Source: Amoebidium appalachense
Lineage: Eukaryota; Protista; Ichthyosporea
Length of the DNA: 64,000 nt
Assembly (NCBI GenBank): GCA_963693365.1
Contig: CAVNZM010000009.1
Coordinates: 5,090,245-5,154,244 of the forward strand
Direction of reading: 5' to 3'
The position numbers and the translations under genes were made by a program. Shown here piece after piece: positions 52,231-64,000 of this stretch. Below the pieces are notes generated by a model. That model saw only the letters and a program-made list of their open reading frames with translations, made no database searches and was not told the DNA's origin. The first letter of the stretch is position 1, and every line of letters begins with the position of its first letter.

Positions 52231-52688
52231 GGAGAGGGGGGAGGGGGGGGGGGGGGGGGAGAGAGAGAGGGGGCCGGCTGGGGCTGAAGTCTTGCGCTCG
52301 ATAGAATGGGAAAGAGAGAGGAGAGAGATATGCAGTGTACTGTGTGTATGTATTTGTGTGTTTTGGGGGGGGGGGGAGGGGGGGGGGTCCTATTAGATGG
52401 GAAACACAGGAGAAATACAATTTAAAAGTCACAGGGAAAAAAGCAATGGGGATATGCAATTTTGAACTGACGGTCCTCCCCCCCCCCCCCCCCCCCCCCC
52501 CCAAAAAATAAAAATAAAATATATAATAAATAAAAGCAAAAAAAAAAAAAAAAAAAAAAAGGGGAAAAAAAGGAAGAGAAAACAAAAGATGGGAAAGGCC
52601 GGGGGTTGGGGGTTGGGGATTGGGGTTTTTTTTTTAATTTTTTTATTTTTATTCTTATTTTTATTTTAATTTTATTTTATTCTATTTT

Positions 52689-52720
<32 letters not shown>

Positions 52721-52737
52721 GGGAGGGAGGGAGGAGG

Positions 52738-52875
52738 GGTTGAATGCGGAACACAGTACGAAGTACATATACACGACGAGAAGCATGGTGCAGGACACAT
52801 GCAAGGGCAAACATTCAAGTATGCAATATCAGCAATGCGCACAGTATGTGTCATAAGCAGAGTCCATCCTCGAGA
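52738..52875. mobile_element. Dispersed repeat, copy B (truncated; intergenic, 3' of WARS2)
   Basis: Homologous to 36415-36550. Confidence 0.8.
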
Positions 52876-53266
52876 GGGAGGGGGCCGGGGAAGGGGGGAG
52901 GGGAGGGGGGATGCTTATTCCAGTCACCATTCAGTAACGGCCAAATACTTTCACCGCCCAGCTACTTCGCCACAGACTGAGTGCTGGGCGTGATTTATGC
53001 CACTACTTTTCATGTGCTCAGCACACAGGATATTAGTGTTTTTTGCTTTCGGCGCATCATAATTGTAAGGACATATAGAAAAGATGACAAAAAGATAACA
53101 TGGAAATTAGGCTGAAGGATAGGAGTCCTGCTACAACTGTGAGTACGTGCAGATGTATATGTGTGCAGGTCGGCACAATGTGTGGTCGTGTGGTTTGCGT
53201 GTTTGAGCAGGTGGTGGTTATGTGCGCACGTGAATGTTTGTATGAAATCTGCACTGCCCCTTTTTG

Positions 53267-53372
<106 letters not shown>

Positions 53373-53515
53373 GTGTGTGTGTGTGGGGGGGGGGGGGGGG
53401 GGGGGGAGAAAGAGGGGGGAGAGGGGGATTGAAACTGGTGTAGATGGTTACACAGACACAAGTATGTGTGTGTTCATATCGTTTCAGCTACCAAGGGGGA
53501 TGAAAACCCCACAAG

Positions 53516-53558
<43 letters not shown>

Positions 53559-53640
53559 GGCGGGAGGAGGAGGACGGGGGGAGGGGGGAAGAGGGGGGAA
53601 GGGGGGAGGGGGGGAAGGGGGGATGGGTACGTAGTTTGAT

Positions 53641-63668
<10,028 letters not shown>

Positions 63669-64000
63669 ATCTGCAGAAGTGCAAAAAAAAAAAAAAAAAA
63701 AAAAAAAGAAAAATAAGCTGTGCCCAACCTCACGGAGGTCTCAAGTCATACAAGAGAGATCCGGTCACCCTACTTGGGAACACCTTTTTTTCCTGACCGT
63801 CTATGGGTCACTTGCACACACACACAAGCACCTGTGCGTGCGTGTACACACGAGTGCGGCACAAGCAGGCAAAATGCATCACAATCATAACACGAATAAG
63901 CAAATGCACATGCACACCAGCATGCTGTAAGTACAAACACATCGGCATAGAGGCGCACGCACTAGCGCACATCAAAAACAAGCAGACATGCACAGACCTA

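Overview
Eukaryotic, intron-rich genomic DNA, probably from a unicellular eukaryote; the species cannot be determined from sequence alone. It is saturated with poly-G/poly-C tracts and (GT/CA)n, (GA/TC)n microsatellites, so most entries in the ORF track are low-complexity artefacts. Manual splicing with GT-AG phase checks recovers five genes: a 6-exon MYND-zinc-finger protein (+, ~15391-20388), a bacterial-type glucokinase (-, 24153-25776), TRAPPC2L (-, 31924-37700), a TDP1-family phosphodiesterase with N-terminal ubiquitin-binding motifs (-, 41527-47539) and a mitochondrial-type tryptophanyl-tRNA synthetase (-, 53641-63668, 11 exons). Mobile DNA comprises a decayed pogo/Tigger-like transposase between inverted repeats (~38.2-40.9 kb), a 5'-truncated non-LTR retroelement (~50.4-51.5 kb), a MITE-like hairpin and an unclassified ~180 bp dispersed, mostly intronic repeat family. 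The first 13.6 kb is a mosaic of duplicated, decayed gene-like segments. The most unusual signals are (i) introns with G/GT-rich 5' parts and complementary C/CA-rich 3' parts, with (CA)n in place of the polypyrimidine tract, (ii) a minisatellite built from a gene's own stop codon and 5' splice site, and (iii) the orientation-biased structured repeat family. No rRNA, tRNA or CRISPR array was found. At least one frameshift sits in a homopolymer and is probably an assembly error, so pseudogene calls are tentative.
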